64,000 nucleotides of DNA from Paraspadella gotoi (taxonomy: Eukaryota; Animalia; Chaetognatha): contig CM119264.1 in the NCBI GenBank assembly GCA_051294375.1, positions 284,148-348,147 on the forward strand, written 5' to 3'. Position 1 is the first letter of the stretch, and every line of letters starts with the position of its first letter. Positions 15,401 through 29,014 of this stretch are shown one piece after another. The position numbers and the translations under genes were made by a program. The notes beneath the pieces were generated by a model. The model worked only from the letters and a program-made list of their open reading frames with translations. It ran no database searches and was not told the origin of the DNA.

Positions 15401-17023
15401 GACATCTCTTCCTATCACTTCTCGTTTGTCCTTATGCATCTCGCCCTCCGCTCTCAGGATCGAGCGGGGCGTGTCGTATGGAGGTTCACAGAGCATGTCA
15501 CAATCTCTTCTCTCGAGCAGTCGTGTCTCCCCGCTCTCGACAGGTCTCCTCTCTTTCTCGAGGTGTCTCGGTCTGTCCGCCGCCGTCCCGCATTCCACCT
15601 AGCTCGCTGCTCTCATCTTCCATGCCCGTTTCGGGCCGTCCGTCCTCCATCTCTCTGTCGTCAGTCGTCAAAGTACCTCGTCTCCTCTCACGTCTCCTGC
15701 TTTTCTCTCGTCTTTCATCTCCGCTCTCTCGCAGCCCAGGTATCACCAGACATTTAGGTGCCGAAACAATTTTTTTTCAAAAACTAAAACTCAGGAATTT
15801 TTTTTTCCCTGTTAAAAATTTATGTTTACGAAGCGCAAATTCTATTGAAGAATCGAAGTGCAATGAATTACATCGTCGTCTCGTTCGTCGTCGTCAGCCG
15901 TATCCGTAGGTGTTGTCGTTGTTGGTCGTTTTCGCTTGATCCGTTCACGCGGACAAATCTGAGGAGAGAGAGATGGAGAGAGAGAAGAGAGAGGCAGAGA
16001 GAGAAGAGAAGAGAGAAGAGAGAGAAGAAGAGAGAGCTTCCTTAAGACCAACAGCCTGCTTTGATAAATAACACAATTGGTTTCTTTGCCATCCATTTAA
16101 GATGGTCGACTTTTCGGTTGTGAATCAAACCGCCCACTGTGTTCATCAAAATCACACCAACTGCTATTTTCACCCCAACTCTTTACAGCTTCTCTCCAGC
16201 CTCTCAAACTGCCTCTTATCGCCCACTCACTGCCGTTTTACCGCCTCTCACTGCCATCTCACAGCCATCTTACCTGCCCCATATCACAGCTTCTCTGCAT
16301 TGCCTCATCACAGCTATTCATTGCTATGCACAGCACTCCTCTACATGCCTTTCAGCCGAGTCCTCTAACTGCCACTCCACAGCCTCTCAACTCTGCCTCT
16401 CAACGAGACCATCTCACTGCTTATCACATCTCTCACAGCCTCTCAACTGCCTCCAGTGACTCTTACAACCACCCCCCCTCTATCAACCGCCGTCCCTCGA
16501 TATTATTTTTATAAAGCGCCGTCGGATAAAAATCATATTTGGAATAGACTTTTTTTTCCATCCGTCGAAACTCAGTTTCCTCTCATTCTTTCCTTTTTTC
16601 CTATATCTCTTTGTCTCCTCCCCTACTTCCTTTCTTCACTCCTCCCTCCTCCTCTCTCCCTCCTTTCTCCCATGCCACTATTNNNNNNNNNNNNNNNNNN
16701 NNNNNNNGAAGTAAAATGTAAAGAGGAAGAGATAAGGAAAAGAAAGAAAGTAAAGGAAAATTTAGGTAGAAAAGAAATAAAAAGGTATTCTCTCCTTCTC
16801 TCTCTCTCTATCTCTCTCTCTTCTCTTTTTTTTACTCAAAAAACGTTTTTCGTCCAAGAGACGTTGTGACGGGCGGGAGGGAAAGGCGGCGCTAATTTAT
16901 GGAAATTTAAAGGGAAAAAGAGAGAGAGAGAGAGAGAGAGNNNNNNNNNNGAATGAATGAATGAATGAATATAAACGAATACAGCCTTGGGCACGCCTTT
17001 TGCGGACTATGTAGCCTTTTGTC

Positions 17024-17330
17024 TCAGATATTAATATCGTTACGCATAACAACAGATGACTGTTCAACATTTAAGATACTAAACATTACAACGGAATAAG
17101 TTGTAGAACACGATTTAAAAATTAGTGTGGTTAAGACAATCAAAACCGTAAAATTTAAGATAACAATGATTAGATGTTCTATCCTCTTGGTAACAAAATG
17201 TAATTGGAGATTTGTACGTCTTAGGGTCGTCAAGTTCAATTTCTTCTAAGATGTCTCGAAAAAGTAAATTGTTTTTGATGATGTTTTCGAGCCTTCCTTT
17301 GGCTCTTGAGTTGATTTTGTTTTTGAGGGA
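17024..17330 (-). CDS. Orphan coding-like segment (copy at ~11242-11525)
   Basis: LKNKINSRAKGRLENIIKNNLLFRDILEEIELDDPKTYKSPITFCYQEDRTSNHCYLKFYGFDCLNH; non-repetitive and conserved in both copies apart from indels. Confidence 0.35.
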
Positions 17331-17457
17331 GGATGGAGAAAGAAAGAAAGCAGAGAAACAATCAGACAGACAGACAGACAGAGACAGACTGAGCGAAGTT
17401 CTTTGTTTTGTTGCGATTTCGACCTGAACGGAAATGTTCTCCATAAAAGGATTCGAT

Positions 17458-17514
<57 letters not shown>

Positions 17515-19086
17515 AGAGTAACGCAAGACGGGAATAGAAATATTAATGAAGACATAAAAAACAAAGGAATGACGCTGACGTCCCGATGACATGATGATGA
17601 TGACAGAATAGTGATAAAAAACTAAGAAAGCAAAAGTAGACAAATTAATGTTAAAAATTGAACATTTTTAGTATTAAAAAGTAGATATATCGAGACGCAA
17701 TATGGATTTTTTTCTTTTGCCTATGCATTACAACCATTATCTATGGTTTTTAAATAATAAATGCAACAAAACTGGTAAAAAATGTTTAAAAGTTTAAATC
17801 ATTTAATTAAGGAACGGGAAGAAAATACTGACAAAATTTTAAGCATCAAAGAAGAAAAAATATAAAAAAATAGAAGGAGTTGCGTTCACTGTGCACGTTA
17901 TCAGTCATCGATCACAGTGATTTTGAAAAAAAACCGCGGAAAAAGTTAGTTTGTTTTTTTACGTTTTGATGTTTGGGGTTTTTTTTTTGTTTTTTTTGTT
18001 TTTTTAGTTTCTATTAAGTTTTTTTATTTATTATTCATTTATTTGTAAATTCCTTGAAAAATTCTCTTTTTTTAGAAATCAAAAAAAATTGTGGTCCAAC
18101 GAAAAGCGACAAGCGTCTGAACCGATTCCATCAAATCAGTCGCGCGAGATAGAGAGAGAGAGAGAGAGCACACAGACAACAGGAGAGATTTATATATATT
18201 AATATATATATATATATATCTCTCTCTCTTTTTTCGTTCTTTTTTTCCACATTTTCAGATTCATATTGCTCTCTCTTCTCTTTTGCGTCGCATTTTCGGA
18301 TATTCCAGAACCACAAATGCAGAATAAAACATTCCATCTCCTCTTCGCAATCTATATATATAATCTGTCTGGTCACTCTGCATCAAAAATCAGCCGACGT
18401 TCCTCGTCTCTCTCTCTCTCTCTCTGTCTCTGTTCTCTCTCTTCTCATCNNNNNNNNNNNNNNNNNNNNNNNNNNNNNNNNNNNNNNNNNNNNNNNNNNN
18501 NNNNNNNNNNNNNNNNNNNNNNNNNNNNNNNNNNNNNNNNNNNNNNNNNNNNNNNNNNNNNNNNNNNNNNNNNNNNNNNNNNNNNNNNNNNNNNNNNNNN
18601 NNNNNNNNNNNNNNNNNNNNNNNNNNNNNNNNNNNNNNNNNNNNNNNNNNNNNNNNNNNNNNNNNNNNNNNNNNNNNNNNNNNNNNNNNNNNNNNNNNNN
18701 NNNNNNNNNNNNNNNNNNNNNNNNNNNNNNNNNNNNNNNNNNNNNNNNNNNNNNNNNNNNNNNNNNNNNNNNNNNNNNNNNNNNNNNNNNNNNNNNNNNN
18801 NNNNNNNNNNNNNNNNNNNNNNNNNNNNNNNNNNNNNNNNNNNNNNNNNNNNNNNNNNNNNNNNNNNNNNNNNNNNNNNNNNNNNNNNNNNNNNNNNNNN
18901 NNNNNNNNNNNNNNNNNNNNNNNNTCTCTGTCGCGGAAAATGGGAACAACAGTTTCGTGCGTCGAGTAGTTGTCCAAAAAGAGGACGACGAAGACGAAGA
19001 CGACGACGACGACGACGACGACGACGTCGACGTCGACGACCACGATGATGACTTAAAGATAAAGAAAAAAAAACGACGGTGAAAAA

Positions 19087-19248
19087 ATGATGATGATGAC
19101 GATGATGATAAGGATAATGATGATGATTATATTTATGATGATGATGATGAAGATGATGAAGATGATGATGATGATGATGACGATGATGATAATGATAATG
19201 ATGATGTTGATGATGATGATGATAATGATGATAATGATAATGATGATA

Positions 19249-19292
<44 letters not shown>

Positions 19293-19874
19293 AATAATGA
19301 TGATGATTATAATACTGATTATGATAATGATGATGATGATAATGATGAATTAAGATGATGACGATGATGATAATGACGATAATGCTAATGATGCTGAATT
19401 GCTCATGATGATGCTGATGATGATGATGATGATGATAAGGATGACGATAATGATGATAATTATGATGATGATTTTGAAAATGATGATGATGATAATGATG
19501 ATGATGATGACAACGATGATCATAATGATAATGATGATGATAATTATGATGCTGATTATGATGATGATGATGATGATGATGATTATTATGACGATAATGA
19601 TGATGATGATGATAATAATAATGATGATGATGATGACGATAATGACCATGATGATGATGATAATGATGATAAAGATGATGATGATAATGATGATGATGAT
19701 GATGCTGCAGATGATGATGGTGATGATAATGATGATGATGATGATGATGATGATATAGATAATGATGATGATGATGCTGATTATGATGATGATGCTAATG
19801 ATGATGATGATGACTATGATGATGATGATGATAATAATGATGATAATGCTGAAGATGATGATAATAATGCTGAA

Positions 19875-19934
<60 letters not shown>

Positions 19935-19960
19935 GATGATGATGATGATGAAGATGATGA
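19087..19960. repeat. (ATG)n degenerate microsatellite (noisier copy at ~13335-14345)
   Basis: Directly visible. Confidence 0.95.
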
Positions 19961-20932
19961 TCCAGAACGAGAACAGAAATGTTTCGTCTTTTGTTTCTCA
20001 ATCAATTTTTTTTTTCCGTCGCCGAATCTGAGAAGAGATTGAAAGAATTTACTTTTAGTTTTGGTGTTGAGAGAGAGAGTAGAGAGAACAGAGAGAGAAG
20101 TGAGAGAGAGAGAGAGAGGAGAGAGAGAGAGGAGAGAGAAGGAAATAGACCGAAAAGGTTGGAGGGGATGATTTAAAAAAGAGGTTTGGATATAAAGGAG
20201 AGAGACAGTACAGAGAGAGAGGGAGAAAGAGGAGAGGAAAGAAAGAGACGAGAGAGATGAGAGAGAGAGGAGTTGAGACAGACAGAGGAGAGAGAGAGAG
20301 AGAGAGAGAGACAGAAGGAGAGTAGAGAGAGAGGAGAGAGATCTGAGGACGCAGTGACCGAGAGAGTAGACAGAGAAAGACTAGTTGACATGGACAGAGA
20401 GGAGAGAAAGAGAGAGAAGAAAGAGAGGAGACGAGAGCAGAAGAGAGAGAAATGAGAGAGAAGAGAGAGAGAGAGACTACGTAAGAATGCGATGATAAAA
20501 AATGCTTGATATCCGAATTCAGATAAATATAAATAGAATTATATGAGGAGTTGATAGAAAAGAAAAAAAGAAAAAAAAAGGAAAAGGAGAAAAACAAGAA
20601 AAGAAAGAAGAAAAAAAAAGAAAGAAAAGAAAAGAAAACAGGAAAAAGAAAAGAGAAAAAAAGAAAAAGAAAGAAACGAAAAAAGAAAAGAAAGAGAAAG
20701 GAAAGAGAAAAGAAAAAAGAAAGGAAGAAGAGGAAAAGAAAAGAAAAGAAAGAAGAAAAGACGAAGAAAGAAAAAATAGGAAGAAAAAAAAATAAGAAAA
20801 GAAAATAGAAATAAGAAATAGAAAGAAAAGAAAAGCAAAAAAGAAAAGAAAAGACAAGAAGAAAAAAGAAAAGAAAAAAAGGAAAAGAAAAGAAAGAAAA
20901 GACAAAGAAAAGAAAAAAAGAAAAGAAAAGAA

Positions 20933-20963
<31 letters not shown>

Positions 20964-20997
20964 AAACGAAAAGAAAGGAAAAGAAAGAAAAGTAAAG

Positions 20998-21028
<31 letters not shown>

Positions 21029-23294
21029 GAAAAATAAACGAAAAGAAGGAAAACGAAATAGAAAAGAAAAATAAAGGAAAAGAAAAGAAAAAGAAGAAGG
21101 AAAAAAGAAAGAAAAGAAAAGAAAAGGAAAAGAAAGAATAAAGAAAGAAGAAAAAAAGAAAAGAAAAGAAAAGAAAAAAAAAAGAAAAGAATAAGAAAAG
21201 AAAAGCAAAAGAAGAAGAAATAGCAACGAAAAGAGAAAAGGACATCTCGTTTTTCTAGAATCACTTTTCCCTATTTGTCCTTCTCTCCCGTGGACTTCTA
21301 CGACTACACAATCTCTCTCATCCTATCTAGTCCATCTCTCGAAATCGTATCCTTCGCATCCCTCTCTCTTCTCTCTCTCTATCTCTCCGTCTCTCTTCTC
21401 TCTCCTTTCTCTTACTCTCTATTCATGCTCAGCTCATCTTCCTGGTTAATCAATCTCTCCTCGTTCCCAGACCCACATTTAGAGGTGGTGCGAACAATTT
21501 TTTTGCAAAAAACTAAAACTCAGTGATTTTTTTTTCTTTAACTCGGAGGCTATTTAATTGGTTTACCGAGTGTGAGCGCAATATTCTAATTGGAGACGAA
21601 ATCAGAGATGCAATCTGAATTACAGTCGGTCGTCGTCGTCGTCGTCGTCGCCGTAATCGTAGGTGTTGGCTTGCGTTGTTGTCGTCCTCCATCCCTGTTA
21701 TGCCGTTCACTACAACTGAGAGATGAGGAGAGAGAGAGAGAGGCAGAGAGGAGAGAGAGAGAGAGAGGGAGAGAGAGAGAGAGGAGAGAGAAGGAGGCTC
21801 CTTAAGGAAACCACAGTGCTGACTTTGGATTAAATACACATTGGTTTCTTCTTTCCCCTCCTCCCCCCCTCCATTTAAGATGGCGAACTTTTCGGTTGTG
21901 ATCAATACCGCCACTGTTTCAAATCACCCACTGCTATTGTTCTACCGACTTCTTTTAACAGGTTTCTCACAGCCTCGTTTCATCACTGCCTCTCATGCGC
22001 CAACCAGAGCTCACCGTGCCTTTTTAACCCGGTGGGTGATTTCTCGGTCTCTCATCTGGCCATCTCACAAGAGTTGAGCTTGCATAGCCTCTTACTGCCT
22101 AATCACAGCTTCTGCATTTGCTCTCACATGTCTTGTAGCTTTCTATTGCCTATAAAGCTTCAAACTTTCGGCCTTTTCGAACAACGTTCTTCTAAACTGC
22201 CCCCGCGACCACTACGAAGCCTCGTTCAAGTAATACTGGCCCTTCTCTCATCAAAGACCCTCTCATGCTTACTCATTTTTCACATTCTCTCACACACGAG
22301 CGCGATGCGTCCCTGCCTTCAGTGACTCTTACAAGGACCACCTAAACACGTCTGTGAGTAAGAGAAAGCCGCCGCTACCACTCGTCCAGTCCATGACCTC
22401 TAATATCTACCAACATACAAAAACCGCCAGAAAAATGCAAACGACCACCGTCCCTGCACCTCGGAGATTTGTATCATTGCTTTTAGTACGAGGAGGTCCC
22501 GCGAGCCACCGCGGGTGGCCAGAACAGAGGTGGGGGGGGCCGTCCGATAAAAATCATATTTTGGAATAAACTTTTTTTTTTTTTTTTTTTCCATGCGGTC
22601 CGGTCGGCGGAACAAACTGCGCTGGCGAAACTCCTCATTCCTACTCTACATATCCTCATTTCTTCTCTTCTTTTTCCCTCTCTCCTCCCCCCTACTTTCC
22701 TACTTTCTATCTCCTCTGCTTTCCTTTCCTTTTCTTTCCTTCCTTCTCCCTCTTCACACCCTTCCTCACCTCTACCAACACGGCCCTCCACCATACACGC
22801 GCTCTAAAAAAAACAAAAATCAAAACCAATTCTCCCAATAATAAAAACCATATACACCTACACTAACTCCACAATTCACCTAAAAACAATACTACATAAA
22901 TAAAATATAATCTACCACTCCTCCTCCCTTCCATTCTTCTCTCTCTTTCATCCCTCCCCCCTCCCTGCTCCTCGTTCCTCTCTTTCCTTTCCCTCTCGCG
23001 ATCTTGTCCATCTCTTCCTTTCCCTCCCTTACATCGATTGTTACACTTCCGTCTCTCTCCCTCTCTCTTCCCTCCTCCTCTTTCTCTTTCCCCCTGTCTC
23101 CTCCCTCACCCTACGCACCGTTCCCTTCCTCTTCCTCTTTCTCTCTTCTTTCTCCCTCTTCGTCCGCCTCCTCCCTATCCTCTCTTTTCCTTCTCTTTCC
23201 TCCTCCCTTTTCCTCCTTCATCTCTTGCCCGTAGCCCGTTTGAACAAAGGATATAAGAAATTTCCTTATTTGCTTTTACTACATAACAAACCTC

Positions 23295-23338
<44 letters not shown>

Positions 23339-24190
23339 GAGAGAAGAGAGAGGAGGCGAGAGAGAGAAATAATCTGCCAACGATTTATAAAACTCCAGTT
23401 CTAATAATTTTTCAGAGAATAAAATTTCTCGCACAAGAAATTTTTGAGAGTGCCCCCGTAAAAATCTAAGTTTAAAAACTTTTTCGAAATTTTTAATCTA
23501 ATCCTCCGTCTAATCCTAAGCTATTCCTTCTACCCCTTTACACTAACTTCAATTCCCTTATCCCCAACTCATAACCATAATTATTAAGCCAAGAAAAAAT
23601 TGATTTTAATTCAGGTTAGGGTTAGGGTTTGGAATAGGATATGGAGACGGCCAATTTTATTTCAACTGATCCACCAAAATTGCTTTCTAATTAAAAAAAT
23701 AACGGACCTAACCTATTTCCTATGAACACCCTATTGCATTCAATTTGGATTCTTTTTTTTTTTTTTTTATTTTAATGCCAAAAACATTTTAACATAAAAA
23801 AACAGTGACGGTGTAAAGACTGGAAAATAACAATAAACATAACATAATTAGGTTTGTGAAGAAGAGGAGTCACAACAAGTTGTGCAACTTTTAGGTCTTA
23901 AAATCTCCTTTTTAATTTCTTGGCCTCTGCCAATTCGCATCAGCAGTAAAAATAAGTCCAAATTGCCTCCGATCGCATCTCGAAAAAAACAAAAAAAAAA
24001 AGCGCCTACTAAGAATTATAGCCTTCTACGGGTCCCTCTAATCCAAAAGAGATGGAGAACAGAGAGAGACAGAGACAGAGAGAGACTGGTGGCTTCTAAC
24101 CCCATTTTCCTACTCGGCTTAAGTCAAAAGTAAAAATGAAAACTTTTTTATGAAGAGAAAAAAACAATTGTTTAGAAAGGACTTACAGTC

Positions 24191-24668
24191 AATAAAGAAA
24201 AACAATCGATTTGGGAAACATGTGCTACATTTTATTTAGACAATATATTCAAACCATTTAGCTGGTTCTTATTCAAGGCCAAGAAATGTGGTAGGTAAAA
24301 AATTAATTTACAAATAAGAGAAGGTGAGAGGAAGAGGAGGAAGACTCAGAGAGAAGAAGAAAAGAGAGAGAGAGAGAGAAACCTTTCAAACCAAAAAGGG
24401 ATTAATCCCTCATCCCCCTCCCCTATTGTTCTGTCCCTTTTTGGTTGAAAGTTTCTCTCTCTCTCTCTCTTTCTCTCTTCTCTGAGTCTCCTCCCTCTTC
24501 CTCTCACCTTTCCTTATTTGTAAATATTTTTTACCTCACCGAGCAATTTCTCTGGCCTTGAATAATGACCAGCTAAAAGGTTTGATGCATGGTCTAAATA
24601 AATTAGCACTGTTTTCCCAATCGATGTTTTCTTTAAATCAAAAAACTACTCGGTGCCTGAGATGACAC
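24191..24668. mobile_element. Hairpin (foldback) insertion flanked by a ~19-bp direct duplication
   Basis: Arms ~24193-24401 and ~24434-24635 are reverse complements. Flanks are TTAGAAAGGACTTACAGTC and TTAGACAAGGACTACAGTC; the homologous site at 30134-30152 has a single copy and no insert. Confidence 0.65.
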
Positions 24669-27054
24669 TTAGACAAGGACTACAGTCTCTAGTTAAAAAA
24701 ACAATTTTGGTAAAAATTTTTTAAACTTTAACTATTTTCGTAGTAATGGGAGAGAAAAGGGGATTCTTCATTCTATTCATGTCGTCATTATTTAATGTTT
24801 CACTGAACCTGTTAACGTTATTAGATTTTTCACACTACAAATCGCCATTAATTTTCGCCTTATAGACCTAAATCACTCAAATGCCACATATTAGTGACAC
24901 CTACTAACACTCACTCACCTCATTACATGTTTTCCTTAGCCTTAAGAGTTATTTTAATCATTTAAATAAGAAATTTTCCCAATCGGAGGTATATTTTTTT
25001 GGCATTATGGCACTAGACCGTATTAAGTATTAGCAGTTTCATCATGGCAAAGAGATTATTTTTAAGTTCTAATCAGACTGGGATCATCCCATTGACAGTA
25101 AGTGGGTCCTCATTCTTCCAATGGCATCATGTAAGTTTGGGCGGACATAACCATTAACCCTAACTAAAACCTTCTTAAAATAAATAGATTTAAATTTATC
25201 AACTTTTATGTAGTAAATCTTAACTTAATTTAACATAAATGTTCTGCAATTATTTTTGTTTTTTTGAAATGTTGAGTTCGTTCCAACTTCTTTTTTTCCC
25301 TCTCTTTTCCTCTTCTTTTCTTTTTTAGGAGTCGGATTTTGCTTAATTTTCAGCAAATTCGCGCTCTATATATGCATCTCGTTTGTTGGTTCGCGGGTCC
25401 CCACCCCCTAATCTTGGTCGGTAACATAAAAAATGAATGTCCGTCTGCTGTGCTTGTCTGTCCTCGTCCGTCCGTCCGTCCGGTCTGTCCGTCCCCTACT
25501 TAGGATTAAACCTCCAAAGCATTAGCTCGTGACAACTAACTTTTTGGTCGGTCGTCAGGTTGGTATGTCTGTCCATTGGTCTGATTTACTTTCATTTTAC
25601 TATTTTATCTCAGTTATATTGGCACTTATTAGTTTCATCTAAGTTGTTTCACTTGATTTTTTATAAAGTACCTGAGTAATAATGTTGTTAATATTTGGCT
25701 AATGCCTTTTGTAAATAGGTTTTAAATTGTATTGTCATGGTACATCCAAGACAAAACTAGGTCCATAATCCACCATATAATATATATATGTAGAATATTT
25801 TGTAATATTTGTTATTTTAGTTGAGGACTTTTACCCAAAAGGTGATCAACAATAAGACATTTATTAGACCATAAATTTTAATAATTATATAATCACATTT
25901 ATAATTACATGTAAATTGTGAATTACGCGTTCTTGTTTCTGTATTCCTTTATTTTCTTATTTTTTTTCCTTATTTTTTTTTCTCTGAGTCTAAAATCAAA
26001 TTTGCGACTTCCATTTTCTATCGAATGAAAAATGATTCTAGCGACAGGCATAACGACAAAAGAAAGCTCCGAGTCCCCCTCAGCTCTCTCTCTCTCCACT
26101 CTCTCTCTCTCTCTCTCTTTCTCTTCTTCTCTCTCTCTCTCTCCCTTTTCTTCATGTCTTTCTGCTCCTCTCTCTTCTTCTGTCTCTTCCTTCTCACTCT
26201 CTCACTCCTCCTCCTCTCTTCTTCCTTCTCTCCTCCCACCCTCNNNNNNNNNNNNNNNNNNNNNNNNNAAAAGAAAAGAAAAGAAAAGAAAAGAAAAGAA
26301 AGAAAAAGGACATCTCTTTCTATCACTTTCCTCTTTGTCCTTTCTCTCTCTCACACACAATCTCTCTCTCTCTCTCTAGAGGAGGAAAAGAAAATTAGAA
26401 ACACGAGGAAGCAAACAAAAAAAAGAAAAAAAAGGCAGAAAGAAAGAAGAAAAGAAAAAGGAAAGAAAAGAAAAAACGAAAAGAGAAGAAAGAAAGAAAA
26501 GAAAAAAGGGAAAGAGAAGAAAAGAGCAAAAAAAATAAGAAGAAGAACATAAAGAAAAAGAAAAGAGACAGAAGTAAGGGAAAAGGAGAAAGAAAGAAAG
26601 CAAAAAGAAAAAAGCGAAAAGAAAAGAAAAGAATAAGAAACAGAAAAGAAAAAAAAGAAAAAAAAGAAAAAGAGAGAGGGAGAAAATAAAGAAAAGAAAG
26701 GGAAACGAAAATAAAGAAACAGAACAGAAAAATAAAGATACGAAGAAAAAGAAAAGAGAAAAAGGGCAGGAGAAAAAGAAAAGAGAAACGAAAAAGGAAA
26801 AGAGAGGGGAAAAAAAGAAAAGAAAAGAAGAAAGAAAAGAAAAATAAAGAAAAGAAAAGGATAAAGAAAGAAAAGAAAAGAAAAAGAAAGAGAAAAAAAA
26901 AGAAAATAAAGAAAGCAAATAAAGGAAAAGAAAGAAAGAAAAGTAAAAAAAAAAGAACAAAGACATCTCTTTCTATCACTTTCCTCTTGTCCTATTCTCC
27001 TCTCACACATCATATCCTCTTCTCTCCTCTCTCTTCACTCTCCTTAGAAAAACT

Positions 27055-28060
27055 TAGAACACCGAAGACACAAATTTTACATAATGATCAATCGGGAAAC
27101 CATTAAGACACAATCCTCAAGATGAAGATTATGAAAAATAGAGAATCTTTCTTATCAATTCATAAAAATTTAATATTACTGGTTTGCTTAACAAACTCTG
27201 AACATTGGACACTGAACAAAAAGATACAGAAGATCATTAGAACAAATAGAATACAAGCATCAAACAATTTATTTTCATCCCACTTTCCAATAACCCAACA
27301 CTGCGATAATACAGCTGTCCGGTCTTTGTACACAACTCCGAATTTCATCTAACCAATTCTTTCATCTCAATAAAATCCTTAAACCAAAATCAAAACACAT
27401 GACCTTACAACTTTCTTAATCTTGTTAGATGAACATGAAATTGAATGGACCAAAAATATAAAAGAAAAACTACGTTATATATAAATTTAACCACTGTATT
27501 TCAACTCAATAAAATAAATCAAACACCAGTCAATGGAAACCAGTCAAAAAGACGATAGAAAAAATAAAACAAAGAACTAGACGACTGCCATAAATAAGAA
27601 AATGCGAGAAAAAATAAGTAAAGTCTAAAACTAAATCAATCACTAATACCTCAACAAATGGTTATACTACAAAAACCCAATCAATGGATTATACTGACAA
27701 ATGCACAAAATCAAAAACACACGATCTCGTTTTGAAATAGCAGATTTACCGGTATGTAATGTGAAAAAATCAAAGGATTCTTAAAATAAATCTGTGAACA
27801 ATGAACACTTTGTCATGATGGAATACACCGTTCTAAAATTATGCTCGTTAAATGGAATAAAACATAAACTTCTAGAAGGACATTGAGTAGAATATCGAAT
27901 TCAGAGAATCTTATTTAAGATACTTTCAAACTATTGAAATATGATATATTGTAACATTGTAAAAGACTTATGTGAATGTAAAAAATGGAAAGCGTGTTGA
28001 TTCATAAACTATGTGTCTTGTATTATAAATTGTTTCTTTTTAATTAATTTCCTCGTTTAT
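27055..28060 (+). mobile_element. Degraded 3' portion of a non-LTR retrotransposon ORF2 (post-RT region)
   Basis: A-rich sense strand. LVCLTNSEHWTL resembles L.Y..E.W.L; TPNTAIIQLSGL resembles TP..A...E.G; Cys/His-rich remnant near 27790-27850; AT-rich tail. Confidence 0.5.
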
Positions 28061-28974
28061 TATATTTAATAATTTTTAATTCGTTATTTTATATTTTTTT
28101 ACAAATGTAGTACTAAATTATCCATGTATGCTCTTTATCGATCCTGGTGATTTAAAATGTTGTTTCCATAACATTTAATGCAGCAGAATAAATCAATCAA
28201 AGATAAAATCAATCTCCNNNNNNNNNNNNNNNNNNNNNNNNNTCTCTCTCTCTCTCTCTCTCTCTCTCCTTTTCTCTCTCTTCATCTCCTCTCTCCCAGA
28301 CCCACATTTAGGGTCGAACAATTTTTTCAAAAACTAAAACTCAGGAATTTTTTTTCCTTTAAAATTTATGGTTTACGACGCAAATTCTATTGGAAGAAAT
28401 CGATCAATGAATNNNNNNNNNNTGACTCTTACAACCACCCGCCCCCTCTATCAACCGCCCGTCCCTCGATATTATTTTACGCCGTCGATAAAAATCATAT
28501 TTGGAATAACTTTTTTTCCTCCGTCGAAACTCAGTTCCTCTCATTCTTTCTTTTCCTCTCTCCTCCCCTAATTTCCTTTCTCCTTCTCCCCTCCTCCATC
28601 TCTCCCTCTCTTCTCTCCCCTCTATTCTCTCTCTCTCCTCCCTCTCCCTCTTTCTCTCTTCCCTCTCTCTTTCCTCCCCCTCCCTCTCTCCTCTTTTCTC
28701 TCTTCCTCTCTCCTTCCTCCCTTACTCCCTCTCTTCTCCCTCTCCTCCTCCTCTCTCCTCTTTCCTCTCTTCCTGTCTCCTCCCTCCCTCCCTTTCTCCT
28801 CTTTCTTTCCTTCTCTTCCCTCTCTCTTTCCTCCCCTCCTCCCTATCCTCTCCTTTTCCTTCTTTCCTCCTCCCTTTCCTCCTTCACTCTCTTGCGTAAG
28901 CCCTTTGATACAAAAGGATTATAAATTTTCTATTTGCTTTTACCAAACTCCAGGAGAGAAGAGGAGAGAGAAGA

Positions 28975-29014
<40 letters not shown>

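Noticed and set aside
13027-27013. Poly-M/I/H, K/R/E-rich and F/S/L-rich ORFs
   Set aside because: Translations of (ATG)n, (AAAAG)n and (AG)n microsatellites.
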